Shown here: one piece after another, positions 9,758 to 19,032 of the stretch
Position numbering within the stretch: the stretch's first letter is position 1
How the letters are laid out: the number at the start of each line of letters is the position of its first letter
DNA from: a virus
IMG/VR virus record: IMGVR_UViG_3300006931_000001
Location: 32,001-96,000 of that record
Length of the DNA stretch: 64,000 bases
Strand: one strand, 5' to 3'
Position numbers and translations under genes: made by a program
Notes under the pieces: model-generated
The model's database searches: none
Seen by the model: the letters and a program-made list of their open reading frames with translations, nothing else
Told to the model about the DNA's origin: nothing

Positions 9758-10485
9758 GTAATATCATAGATGATCCAACCAAGAATTTTTCACTATCTCC
9801 TAACGATGCTCTGGGATTGAATATTCCAGAGGTTGTTTTTTATCAACTTCTAGGTTTCACTTTCAAGAATATATCTGAAACCATAGGTCACACTGAAAAT
9901 ATCGTTGATCAGCTATTTGCACGATTGCGAGCTGAGACACGACAAACCATAAAAACTTGGTTTGTTAATCATCCTAACGTGAGTTTGTCGCTAAACTGGC
10001 CGAGAGACGATGTCGGCTTACCATTCATCGCGATCATCACAGAGAGTGAAGAAGAGGATTCTGATTTAACACTTCTCGGTGATTATGCTGGAGTACATAC
10101 TCTAGGCTCTTCCAGTGAAAACCAACAAACGAGAACAAATCTAAAACTAGGCTTGAGTAACACAACGAATATTATTATTGCAGCTGATGATCCTAATCTT
10201 GTGTTATATCTTGGAGCTGTAGTTAGATTTGTGTTTTTGAAAAACAAAGACGATCTAACTCGTCTTTATGATATCCACAGTCTTACCGTTTCACAAGCTG
10301 ATCTCAAGTGGGATGAGCGTTTTCTTCCTACGTTCGCTTATATGCGAATGGTGACACTGAGATATAAAACATTCTTTGATATTAACCTTACAGAAAAAGT
10401 CTCTATGATCACCTCACTAGAGACTCTGGTTTCGACATTCAACGACGGTTTAGAGGTGACTGTCACCACTCCATACGATCAGTGA
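9754..10485 (+). CDS. putative tail terminator
   Basis: Upstream of the sheath; NWPR..LPFIAI motif. Confidence 0.55.
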   Translation: MSNIIDDPTKNFSLSPNDALGLNIPEVVFYQLLGFTFKNISETIGHTENIVDQLFARLRAETRQTIKTWFVNHPNVSLSLNWPRDDVGLPFIAIITESEEEDSDLTLLGDYAGVHTLGSSSENQQTRTNLKLGLSNTTNIIIAADDPNLVLYLGAVVRFVFLKNKDDLTRLYDIHSLTVSQADLKWDERFLPTFAYMRMVTLRYKTFFDINLTEKVSMITSLETLVSTFNDGLEVTVTTPYDQ

Positions 10486-10492
10486 GGTAATT

Positions 10493-10813
10493 ATGGCTAC
10501 AGATGACGAGCGGCGAGATACAGAAAGCAGTCGCGTTATAACGCAAAAATTACCAGTTATTGGTAAGCAGTGGGCAGGACAGCAGTTTGCTCCGATGACT
10601 ACATCAGAACAAATTACTATGAATAATCAACTACAAGCTGATTATGATCATCCGGATGCGATTCCTCTTGTTGCTTACATGTCATTGCATCGAGTTACAG
10701 ATCCTGTGATGAAAGCTGCAATGGCTGGACATACTCAGATAACGCGCGCTACCAAAGAAAAGTGGGATGAAATCTTCGCTTCATTCTTTCCATCTGATGA
10801 AAGGAGCAAATAA
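10493..10813 (+). CDS. hypothetical protein
   Basis: GAGG RBS; between the putative terminator and the sheath. Confidence 0.7.
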   Translation: MATDDERRDTESSRVITQKLPVIGKQWAGQQFAPMTTSEQITMNNQLQADYDHPDAIPLVAYMSLHRVTDPVMKAAMAGHTQITRATKEKWDEIFASFFPSDERSK

Positions 10814-10816
10814 TCT

Positions 10817-12604
10817 ATGAGTCGTTTTGTTTTGTTTAACGGTGCCAAGCTTGTACGTCCTGGCGCAGCTACAAAAATCGATGCTTCTCAATTTCAAAAC
10901 ACTGTTTTGGACGGTGTAGGCATTGTTGGATTGGTAGGAGAAGGCGAGAGTGGAACGCCTCGAACCATTCAAGTTTTTAACTCTGCAGGAGGCGTCAAGG
11001 ATTTCTATCGTTCCGGTGATTTGGTGGAAGCTGCACAGATTGCGGCGTTACCCGAGAATGATGATCGTCTGACGTCTGGTGCATCAACTTTTGTTTGTTA
11101 CAAAGTGAACAATAGTACAGCTGCAACGCTGACAGCTGGTTCACCGACCACGATTACATTTACAAGCCTGCTACACGGTTTATTATCCAATAACAATACG
11201 ATAACGATCTCTGACGGTGGAAGTAGCACACGGATAATTACACTCACAACTACTGACTTATACGGAAACGTAATTACCGAAACGTCTCCTGCACTAGGAG
11301 GCACTGGTAAGTTTGCTATCCAGTATGTTGGTGCTGGATCAGCTGCGACTATTACGATTACATCAACACAGTTAACTACAAGTGTTACAGGTGCGCCAGC
11401 AGATAATCAGACATTCTTGTTTTCAAACTACAAGAATTTGAATGATATCATCATAGCTTTGGCGCAGACTGGAAAATACACTTGCTCTGCTTTGATTACA
11501 AACGCCATTTCGTTTGATCCATCCAACTTGGATGGAATTACGACTGTGGATATCAAGACATCGTTGACAACGATATATGCACGCAATTTTGATATTGTAG
11601 ATTATGTTAATACTACTAGTCAAATTGCAACTGCAGTGTTGGTAAAAGGACAAGTTTCTCCGATATCCGTGCTTTCAACTACCGCGATGTCTGGTGGTAC
11701 AAGAGGCACGTCTGCGAATATTGATTGGGCGAATGCTTTCATTGCTCTTCGTACCACACGCATTAATCAATTAGTGCCGCTGGTATCGACGGATGCTTTG
11801 ACAGCACAAGGAACGTTTACTTTTGCATCAATTGCCGCAGCATTCGCAGCGCATTGTTCTTTCGTATCGTCAACCAAAGGCAGAAACGAGTGTCAAGGTT
11901 GGTACGGAATGCATGCAACTAAAGCGAATTTGATTGCAGAAGCCAATCTCCGTAATAACATGGATTTGGTGCTTTCAGGTCAGCAAGGTACATTTCCAAG
12001 GACTTATGATGGAGCTCTGACAGTTTTTCCAGAGTGGGGAATAGCTGCAGCCATGGCTGGCGCTCGAGCTGGCGCACCGCTTGGTGAGCCACTTACTTGG
12101 AAATATTTGAATATTCTAGGAGTCACTCAAGATGCATCTTGGAGTGAGAGCAATAACGACGATGTGGAATCCTTGGAATTGAATGGTGTTGTGGTAGTTA
12201 ACAACATTGTCGGTAAAGGTTTCAGGATCGATAAATGTATTACTACATTTACTCGATTTGATAATGATGCTTACACTGAAGAAACCATTGTTCAGATCTG
12301 GAAAGCTTTTGCATTCACGCTGCGAAGTGCGTTGGAGGATCGCTATACAGGCGCACGTGGTGATCTAGTTACCATTAACACGGTACCTAATACTATGGTC
12401 AACGTTGCAGAGCAATTTCTAGATGCACGTGCCATCACGCCATCTAGCGTGAACGGTACGACGACACCAGCATACCGTAATATTAAGTACAGTCTTCAGG
12501 GAGATAAGCTCTTTTCTAGTATTACAATCTCTCCAACGCCTGGAATTAATTACGAATGTGCTACGATTGCGCTGGTTCCTGCAGCCTTTTCCGCGGCAGT
12601 TTGA
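10817..12604 (+). CDS. contractile tail sheath protein
   Basis: FNGAKLVRPGA N-terminus, GLVGEGESG, SGDLV, GEPLTWK, 595 aa. Confidence 0.9.
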   Translation: MSRFVLFNGAKLVRPGAATKIDASQFQNTVLDGVGIVGLVGEGESGTPRTIQVFNSAGGVKDFYRSGDLVEAAQIAALPENDDRLTSGASTFVCYKVNNSTAATLTAGSPTTITFTSLLHGLLSNNNTITISDGGSSTRIITLTTTDLYGNVITETSPALGGTGKFAIQYVGAGSAATITITSTQLTTSVTGAPADNQTFLFSNYKNLNDIIIALAQTGKYTCSALITNAISFDPSNLDGITTVDIKTSLTTIYARNFDIVDYVNTTSQIATAVLVKGQVSPISVLSTTAMSGGTRGTSANIDWANAFIALRTTRINQLVPLVSTDALTAQGTFTFASIAAAFAAHCSFVSSTKGRNECQGWYGMHATKANLIAEANLRNNMDLVLSGQQGTFPRTYDGALTVFPEWGIAAAMAGARAGAPLGEPLTWKYLNILGVTQDASWSESNNDDVESLELNGVVVVNNIVGKGFRIDKCITTFTRFDNDAYTEETIVQIWKAFAFTLRSALEDRYTGARGDLVTINTVPNTMVNVAEQFLDARAITPSSVNGTTTPAYRNIKYSLQGDKLFSSITISPTPGINYECATIALVPAAFSAAV

Positions 12605-12618
12605 AAGGAGCATGAGTT

Positions 12619-13095
12619 ATGGGACGTCCTTCATTACCACAAACAGGTGCAACGCACGTAATTTCAGGAGCACGTGCTATTGCATTGTTTAATGACTTCG
12701 CAATTGGTTATGCTACAGGAGTTAATATAACAGAAGAAATTATGTACGAACCTGTTGAGACACTCGATAATTTGGCTGTACGTGAGCATTGTCCTGTAGG
12801 TTATCGAGTGACACTATCATGTACGGTATTTCGTACAGTAGCACAGGCTGCATCTACTGATTCAGATCCTGGATCACTTAAACAACAGAATATTTTTCCT
12901 AGATTCACTGATATTTTGCGTGTTCAGGGACTTACGTTTGCAGTGCAGGATCGCATCACAAACAAAACAATTCAGTTTTTGAAGGATGTCAAAGCCGCAT
13001 CTCAGGATTTTCGTGTAACTGCACGCGGTATTGTCGGTCAGAACGTTACGTTTGTTACTACACGTGTGCTGGACGAGTCCGAGAATCTACCGTAA
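12619..13095 (+). CDS. tail tube protein
   Basis: Follows the sheath; ISGAR...IGYATG...EHCPVGY. Confidence 0.8.
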   Translation: MGRPSLPQTGATHVISGARAIALFNDFAIGYATGVNITEEIMYEPVETLDNLAVREHCPVGYRVTLSCTVFRTVAQAASTDSDPGSLKQQNIFPRFTDILRVQGLTFAVQDRITNKTIQFLKDVKAASQDFRVTARGIVGQNVTFVTTRVLDESENLP

Positions 13096-13108
13096 AGGAT
13101 ATTGAACC

Positions 13109-13585
13109 ATGAGCGATGAGATTGTTGAAAGCAACGAAAATGCAACAGAAGATACAGCTAAAGCAGCGGAAGGAATAGACATATTTATTCCTTTTGATTA
13201 TCCAAATATGGTGTTTGTGGATATGCCAGAATCTAATAATTCTGGTATGTCTTTTAGTAAAACCTTTCATGTAAAATACACTCATCCTGATTCTGGTTTA
13301 CTATATACGGGTGATTTTACATGTACTCGTAGTAGTATTGGTAAGATCATTGAGCAAGGTGTTGTGAAAGCCAGACTCACACACAGTTTGCCAGTAGATG
13401 AGACGTATAGTATTGTCGCTTCATGGTTATCATATACGATAGTGATGTTAACTAAGAAGCCTGATTGGTGGAAGCCAGAAACCTCTTTTGACTTGGAGGC
13501 TCTCCATGCGATGCACGATTACGTGTTCGCATGGGAGAGGTCATTTCGTTTACGAAGCGTGGCGAACCGACGCAAAACAACTTAG
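13109..13585 (+). CDS. tail assembly chaperone (gpG-like)
   Basis: Between tube and tape measure; KPDWW motif. Confidence 0.7.
   Translation: MSDEIVESNENATEDTAKAAEGIDIFIPFDYPNMVFVDMPESNNSGMSFSKTFHVKYTHPDSGLLYTGDFTCTRSSIGKIIEQGVVKARLTHSLPVDETYSIVASWLSYTIVMLTKKPDWWKPETSFDLEALHAMHDYVFAWERSFRLRSVANRRKTT
13534..13549 (+). promoter_or_regulatory. putative +1 programmed frameshift signal (internal SD + TTT_CGT)
   Basis: GGAGAGG TCA TTT CGT, with TTT CGT in the chaperone frame. Confidence 0.55.
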
Positions 13586-13964
13586 AGCCGAGGCTGCACG
13601 ACAATTAGAAGCTGATTGGTTAATTCGTTGGTTTTGTACTAAATATAATAAACCAACGAAAGATCCGATTCTAAAAGAATACACAGGTGAAGAGCTGATG
13701 ATTGAGTTCCTGAAAGATCAAATTGAACGAGATCCAGCTCAAGCCTACCCGCAGCATGAATTCTATGAAGGCAAGAGCATTATCAAAAGTGGTGATGCTG
13801 TTGTCGATGCTTGGAATAAGGATATCGCAAATGGAAAGATTCCAGATTTCCTAGCTGCGTTGGACTCAGAAGATAGAGCTAAACTCGCTAAATTTACACA
13901 TAAAGAAAAAAACCAAGATGATTTGCAAGTCTTTCATGATACATATGCCAAGGAAAAATCATGA
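13545..13964 (+). CDS. tail assembly chaperone extension (gpGT-like), probably reached by +1 frameshift
   Basis: Overlapping +1-frame ORF (track 13488-13964, TTG start only); WFCTKYNKPTKDP motif. Confidence 0.6.
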   Translation, partial: FVYEAWRTDAKQLRAEAARQLEADWLIRWFCTKYNKPTKDPILKEYTGEELMIEFLKDQIERDPAQAYPQHEFYEGKSIIKSGDAVVDAWNKDIANGKIPDFLAALDSEDRAKLAKFTHKEKNQDDLQVFHDTYAKEKS

Positions 13965-16195
13965 GTGACTTAAAAGTTACTATTGAAGCAGCGTTAGACA
14001 AAGAATCACTCAAAACTGCTGAGCGTGAATTAGCATCTAGTATTATTGGCGGAGGTGGCAGAAGTGGCGGTAGTGGAGGAAGTGGCAGTGGTGGCGGTAG
14101 CGGAGGAGGTTCGAGCGCCTTTGGTATATTAGCGAGTATGGTGCAGAGTAATACTGCAGCCTTGCACCAACTTCTGAGTTTAATCACTAATACGAATACT
14201 GCTATTAATCAACTTGCACAAGTTGTTACACATACGAGCGTAACAAATACTGCAGCAATTACTCAATTAACTAGTGCTACCGCAAGTAATGCTGCAGCAA
14301 ATGCAGCCATGGCTGGACAGATGACAGGTACCGGCCAAGGTCGACGATATGCAATTCCAGGTACGCACGCTATTGCTCGTGGAATATCGACGATTCATCA
14401 GTTAGGAAATGCCGGTGTTAATAATGCATCTATAGCAAATTCTGTTGGCACCATAGGCGGAATGCTTTTACCAGAGCTCAAGCCTGTTATAGATGCAGTG
14501 ACATCTATTTTCACGGATTCGTTCAATAAACAAGATCGTTTCCGTGAACAAGCATTGCGACGTTATCAAGTTGGTGGCGCTGCCGGTTTAGATATCGATG
14601 AAAACCAAAATGGTTATAACATCGACGCCATTAGAAAAGCTTCTGGATTTAATATTACACAATTCTCTACGTTGTATAACAGAGGCGCTAAGAGTGGTAT
14701 TTTTGACAAGGATAAATCGCCACAAGAAACTATGGCGAGTTTGATGTTTGGAGAGGCTGGTTTAGGTATTGGTAATGAAATGACAGCACTCCTTGGCGCT
14801 AGTCGCAAACAAGGAGCCTCTAATGAGACATCAAATATCCTAGGCAACGCTATCGGTCTTGCTGTAAGCGAGCACATGAGCAAGGGCCGTATCGGTGAGG
14901 TTTTTACTCAGTTGACACGTGCTGTAGACAGCAATACCAAAGCACAGACTGATATTGGTGATACAGCGAATCGTTTGTTATTTGTGTCAACACTTGGTGA
15001 TCAGTATCGTGGTGACACTGGTGCTGCACGAGACATGAATCAGGCGATCAAAGGATTAGCTGGCGGATCCACTCCATTTACACAGTATACCACTCTAAAA
15101 GCTGCGGGTTTAGGTAAAGGTGTTGGTTATAACGAAGCCTGGCTAAAATCACAGCGTGGCTTAGGAACTCAAGGAGGAGTTGGTTTTGAAGACCTAATTG
15201 CAGCTAATTTTGGTAATGCTGTAACTCAATACGCTAATGCACAATCAGAAGGTGAGCGCTCGGCTGTCGTTCATACAATTTCTAGTATGACCGGCATGAA
15301 TGGTGCGCAAGTTGATGACATCCTAAAAAGGTTAGCTAAAGATGATCGCTTTAACCGAATTGATGCATCACGAGGATTTAGTAATTTTCAAACACTTACT
15401 AATGTGCCTCGTAATTTGGTGCGCCCTCGCTCAGAAGCCGCAGTTGGAGAAGATGTGTTCCGATTTGGAATCGGTAACACCAGTGACCATCGTGGTTATG
15501 CTCCGGACACCTCTCCCTTTACTCTAGGCGGTTCGGCAAGTAGCAGTAGCGCACGAACCGCACCTGGCGGTGGTAACACAGCTAGAAGAGCCAAACTAGA
15601 GGCGTACGCACGTCAATTTGGATTACCAGCTAGCTCTGTTGGTTTTTTGGAGAAATGGATTGATATAGAATCTGGTGGAAATATAGGCTCATTAACTCAA
15701 TTTAATGAGCGTGGTTTATTTCAGATCATGGGTGGTTACGACAGCTCACATCCGTTTAAAGGCTCACAGGCAGACATGCTTGGTATGTCTGAAAACGATC
15801 ATCGTCAAACTTCGACAGATGAAGAATCGTCGCTTAAGTGGGGTGTTAAGTCTGTAGCCTTTTTGCGAAAACAAGCTGAGAAACTCAGAGATAAATTCGG
15901 ATTGCAGTGGAATGAGTCCGATATGTGGAAATTAACCAAGCTTGAGCATGGTGGAAGTGCTAATGCTTCTGACTTAGTAGATAAAGCCACCAAACAGCTT
16001 GGACGTGCACCGCGAGACTGGAGTGAAATGTCACAAGCGTCATTGCCTCTAGCAACACCACAAGAGCGCAATGTATTGAATAATTCCAATAAAATGCTTG
16101 TAGAGGTGCAGGTACATGATCGCAGAGTAACTGCTACAGTAACTCAACGTCCTGGTACTACAAATGCACCAGGACAGACAGCGGTAAAAAGATGA
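13961..16195 (+). CDS. tape measure protein with C-terminal lysozyme/SLT-like domain
   Basis: Ala/Gly-rich helical protein after the chaperones; IESGGN...GLFQI motif. Confidence 0.8.
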   Translation: MSDLKVTIEAALDKESLKTAERELASSIIGGGGRSGGSGGSGSGGGSGGGSSAFGILASMVQSNTAALHQLLSLITNTNTAINQLAQVVTHTSVTNTAAITQLTSATASNAAANAAMAGQMTGTGQGRRYAIPGTHAIARGISTIHQLGNAGVNNASIANSVGTIGGMLLPELKPVIDAVTSIFTDSFNKQDRFREQALRRYQVGGAAGLDIDENQNGYNIDAIRKASGFNITQFSTLYNRGAKSGIFDKDKSPQETMASLMFGEAGLGIGNEMTALLGASRKQGASNETSNILGNAIGLAVSEHMSKGRIGEVFTQLTRAVDSNTKAQTDIGDTANRLLFVSTLGDQYRGDTGAARDMNQAIKGLAGGSTPFTQYTTLKAAGLGKGVGYNEAWLKSQRGLGTQGGVGFEDLIAANFGNAVTQYANAQSEGERSAVVHTISSMTGMNGAQVDDILKRLAKDDRFNRIDASRGFSNFQTLTNVPRNLVRPRSEAAVGEDVFRFGIGNTSDHRGYAPDTSPFTLGGSASSSSARTAPGGGNTARRAKLEAYARQFGLPASSVGFLEKWIDIESGGNIGSLTQFNERGLFQIMGGYDSSHPFKGSQADMLGMSENDHRQTSTDEESSLKWGVKSVAFLRKQAEKLRDKFGLQWNESDMWKLTKLEHGGSANASDLVDKATKQLGRAPRDWSEMSQASLPLATPQERNVLNNSNKMLVEVQVHDRRVTATVTQRPGTTNAPGQTAVKR

Positions 16196-18009
16196 CGTCA
16201 GTTATCGAGCAGAGCTGTTCGTGTGAATTACTAGTATTACCACGTCGTGGTGTGTATAATTTGAGTTCTTTTTTAGCAGGAGATAATCCTGCAACTCTGG
16301 CACGAAAACTATTACATACGGGTACAGAGCCGATCTATGTTGGCGGTCGTTACGGTAGTGATGTGCTTACATGTAACTGGAGAAAAGAAATTGAAGGACC
16401 TTACGGTAGTTATCATATCAATGTCAAACCGAGTAATGATTTAACTGGTGAATTGATTGACTATACTACCAAAATTAGTCCTGGCGATTTAGTATTTCTG
16501 TTCATGGATAACCAGAAGATCTGGTCAGATGATACCTTATTGTCAGGTAAGCTAATTACAATAGGTATCATTGATAGAGTATCAAGTCCTGTAGTTGTGG
16601 ATTCTGAAGGTGTAGAGCACGTTTCTGTAAATATCAGTGGAAGAGACTTCGGTGCTATATTTACAGACACAACTACTGTATTCGATCAAGCTTTCTCTGT
16701 TGTCGAACAGCAATTTTTAACTGACGCTTATTTTCAGCAGTTAGCTGACAAGCAGAGCTCTGGTCAGAGTCCACTTGAAAATGTGTTGCAGATCATTAAT
16801 TTGATCTACAACAGTAAGGCTACAAGTAGCACACTTGTAAATGCTCAATGGCGTTTGCATGCACATAGTGGTGATACAGAGCAGCAAATTCCTTTGATCT
16901 CTTTATTAGATATCACGACATTTACGCAGACATTCATGTTTGGATACACGTTACCTGATCCGTTTGGTTTTGCTCAAGCTGGCAACGTTTGGGCGTTAAT
17001 GGATAGCTTCTGTAATCGTGTAATCAATGAAATGTTTGTTGATATTCGTGATGCGTCCACAGCTGAATTGAATTACATCAGACAGGCTGGTGAAGTTGCT
17101 CGTAGCTTTTTATCTGATGCCGATCAGAGTAAGCAGGTACAGGCACGAACCGATGTAGCTACATCTGGTGTTTTTAAGGTTCTACAGACGTCCACGCCTA
17201 GCGGAAATCAGGCAAATGCTGATGGTTCTGTTCCTGTAGGGCAGCCATCGCTTTCATTGGTGATGCGGCAACGTCCATATGATCGTGACGCATTTATGGC
17301 TCTACCTCAGTCGGTAGTGACATCACATGAAATCTATGATCGAGACTTAGGATTTAGCTCTAGTAATGTCGTGAATTTTTTTCGTATTAGGACGCCTATC
17401 CTGAGTCCTGCAGTACAAGAATTAATTTATGGAATACGAGTTAATGTAGATTCAATTTTTCGTTTTGGACTACGAAGACTAGAGCCAGAGACTCGATATT
17501 TTTTCTCATCTAGTGATTTGTCTACAGCATATGCTAACGGTGAGAGTCAAGGTTTAGATTTCACAGATATCTTCGATTTCTATATTGGTTTACTCTCCAC
17601 CTGGTATGCAGCGAATGAGCAGCTCTTGGAGGGTACGATTACAACTCGTCTGAGACCTGACATCCGAGTTGGTACGCGTTTACGTCTCCTAGCGCCTAAT
17701 GCATTTACGGATGATGACGAAACGTTGTTTCGTTACGGTTTAGGTGACTCAGCGTATTTGGATTTTTATGTCCAAGGTGTTTCTCATAATTTCAATACCA
17801 GTCCAGGTGCTAGTCGCTCAACATTTACAGTAATACGTGGCATTTATCCGGATGGTCAGAATTTAGCGGCGAATCTCCGATGGTCGCGACTCGGATCAAT
17901 TATTCCTCCTGACCTAAATACATTTGGACGTTTTACAGAGGAAGGTGTGTTTACACCTGAAAGTGATATAGCTGAGAAAATATTTAATGATTTAAGGAGA
18001 GATCAATAA
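16192..18009 (+). CDS. baseplate hub protein
   Basis: GIIDRV...ISGRDFG, NEMFVD, PDIRVGTRL, FYVQGVSHNF. Confidence 0.75.
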   Translation: MTSVIEQSCSCELLVLPRRGVYNLSSFLAGDNPATLARKLLHTGTEPIYVGGRYGSDVLTCNWRKEIEGPYGSYHINVKPSNDLTGELIDYTTKISPGDLVFLFMDNQKIWSDDTLLSGKLITIGIIDRVSSPVVVDSEGVEHVSVNISGRDFGAIFTDTTTVFDQAFSVVEQQFLTDAYFQQLADKQSSGQSPLENVLQIINLIYNSKATSSTLVNAQWRLHAHSGDTEQQIPLISLLDITTFTQTFMFGYTLPDPFGFAQAGNVWALMDSFCNRVINEMFVDIRDASTAELNYIRQAGEVARSFLSDADQSKQVQARTDVATSGVFKVLQTSTPSGNQANADGSVPVGQPSLSLVMRQRPYDRDAFMALPQSVVTSHEIYDRDLGFSSSNVVNFFRIRTPILSPAVQELIYGIRVNVDSIFRFGLRRLEPETRYFFSSSDLSTAYANGESQGLDFTDIFDFYIGLLSTWYAANEQLLEGTITTRLRPDIRVGTRLRLLAPNAFTDDDETLFRYGLGDSAYLDFYVQGVSHNFNTSPGASRSTFTVIRGIYPDGQNLAANLRWSRLGSIIPPDLNTFGRFTEEGVFTPESDIAEKIFNDLRRDQ

Positions 18010-18779
18010 TGTTCAATTCTGACGATTCACCTATACAAGGTGGCTTGAGTAACAACGCTACAGCTCTTACAGGACAGTCTCCTCATTTCTCGAGTGTCGG
18101 ATTGCGTGAGATGGTTGTTATCGATGTAGTTTATGCAGATCAAGCTGGAAATCGGAGTCAGAGTTATCCAGAATACACAGTTAGAGATCTCCAGACTGGC
18201 GAGAAAATTCCTGGTGTCAGAAAACTCAATGATTTAAGTGATCCGGATAACGGAGAGGAAGTTGTAATTCATCCTGCGCGGAATCTCTTACCTACAGCCA
18301 AACCTCAAAAATTCACGAAGTCAACACCCGCAATAGTCACCGATGGTACACGAGTGTTGGTCGGTTTTATTGAAGGTTCACACAGTCGTGCTGTAATTAT
18401 CGGCGTTTTTGCACATCCCTCTGCATCTTATGGAGCACGCGCAGCGGATGGAGAACGTCGACTAATTACACACAGAGGTACGAGCGTCGAATTTCGTCAA
18501 GATGGTTCTTATGTTATTAAACGTGATGCTACGTCAGTAACATTAGATTCTGATGCTAATATCACTGTCAAGCACAAATCAGGTTCGACTTTAATTTTTA
18601 ATGCAGATGGGAGCATAACTGTAGTACCAGCAACTGGCCAAGTTATAAAGCTAGGTAGTGATTCTATCGTAGCTCCTTTAGATGGCGTGGTTCACGGATC
18701 TGGTATAGATACGTTTACAGGTAAGCCATACGCTATTCTAGGAAACGCATCATCTGTTGTATTAGCAAAGAAGATCTAA
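18009..18779 (+). CDS. baseplate central spike (gpV/gp5-like)
   Basis: GTRVLVGFIEG...AVIIG OB-fold motif followed by beta-strand repeats. Confidence 0.75.
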   Translation: MFNSDDSPIQGGLSNNATALTGQSPHFSSVGLREMVVIDVVYADQAGNRSQSYPEYTVRDLQTGEKIPGVRKLNDLSDPDNGEEVVIHPARNLLPTAKPQKFTKSTPAIVTDGTRVLVGFIEGSHSRAVIIGVFAHPSASYGARAADGERRLITHRGTSVEFRQDGSYVIKRDATSVTLDSDANITVKHKSGSTLIFNADGSITVVPATGQVIKLGSDSIVAPLDGVVHGSGIDTFTGKPYAILGNASSVVLAKKI

Positions 18780-18780
18780 T

Positions 18781-19020
18781 ATGGCGCTCAGTGGTTCAGC
18801 ACTTAAGTCAATGATGCAAGCTGCATTTATAGCAGACGGCCGTACGTGGACAGATGATATTGATGCTAGCTGGTCTCTTATCTGTGATGTGCTTATTACA
18901 TACCTTAAAGCTAATACAGTAGTAACTACAACATTAGCTGTAGCTTCTGTTTCTGGTGTGACACCTGGTTCCGGAGTATCAGGACCAGGTACAGGCACTG
19001 GTACAGGTATAATTTCATAA
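18781..19020 (+). CDS. small spike-associated protein
   Basis: 79 aa with GTGTGTG C-terminus, directly after the spike. Confidence 0.5.
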   Translation: MALSGSALKSMMQAAFIADGRTWTDDIDASWSLICDVLITYLKANTVVTTTLAVASVSGVTPGSGVSGPGTGTGTGIIS

Positions 19021-19032
19021 CTGAGGTGTAAT

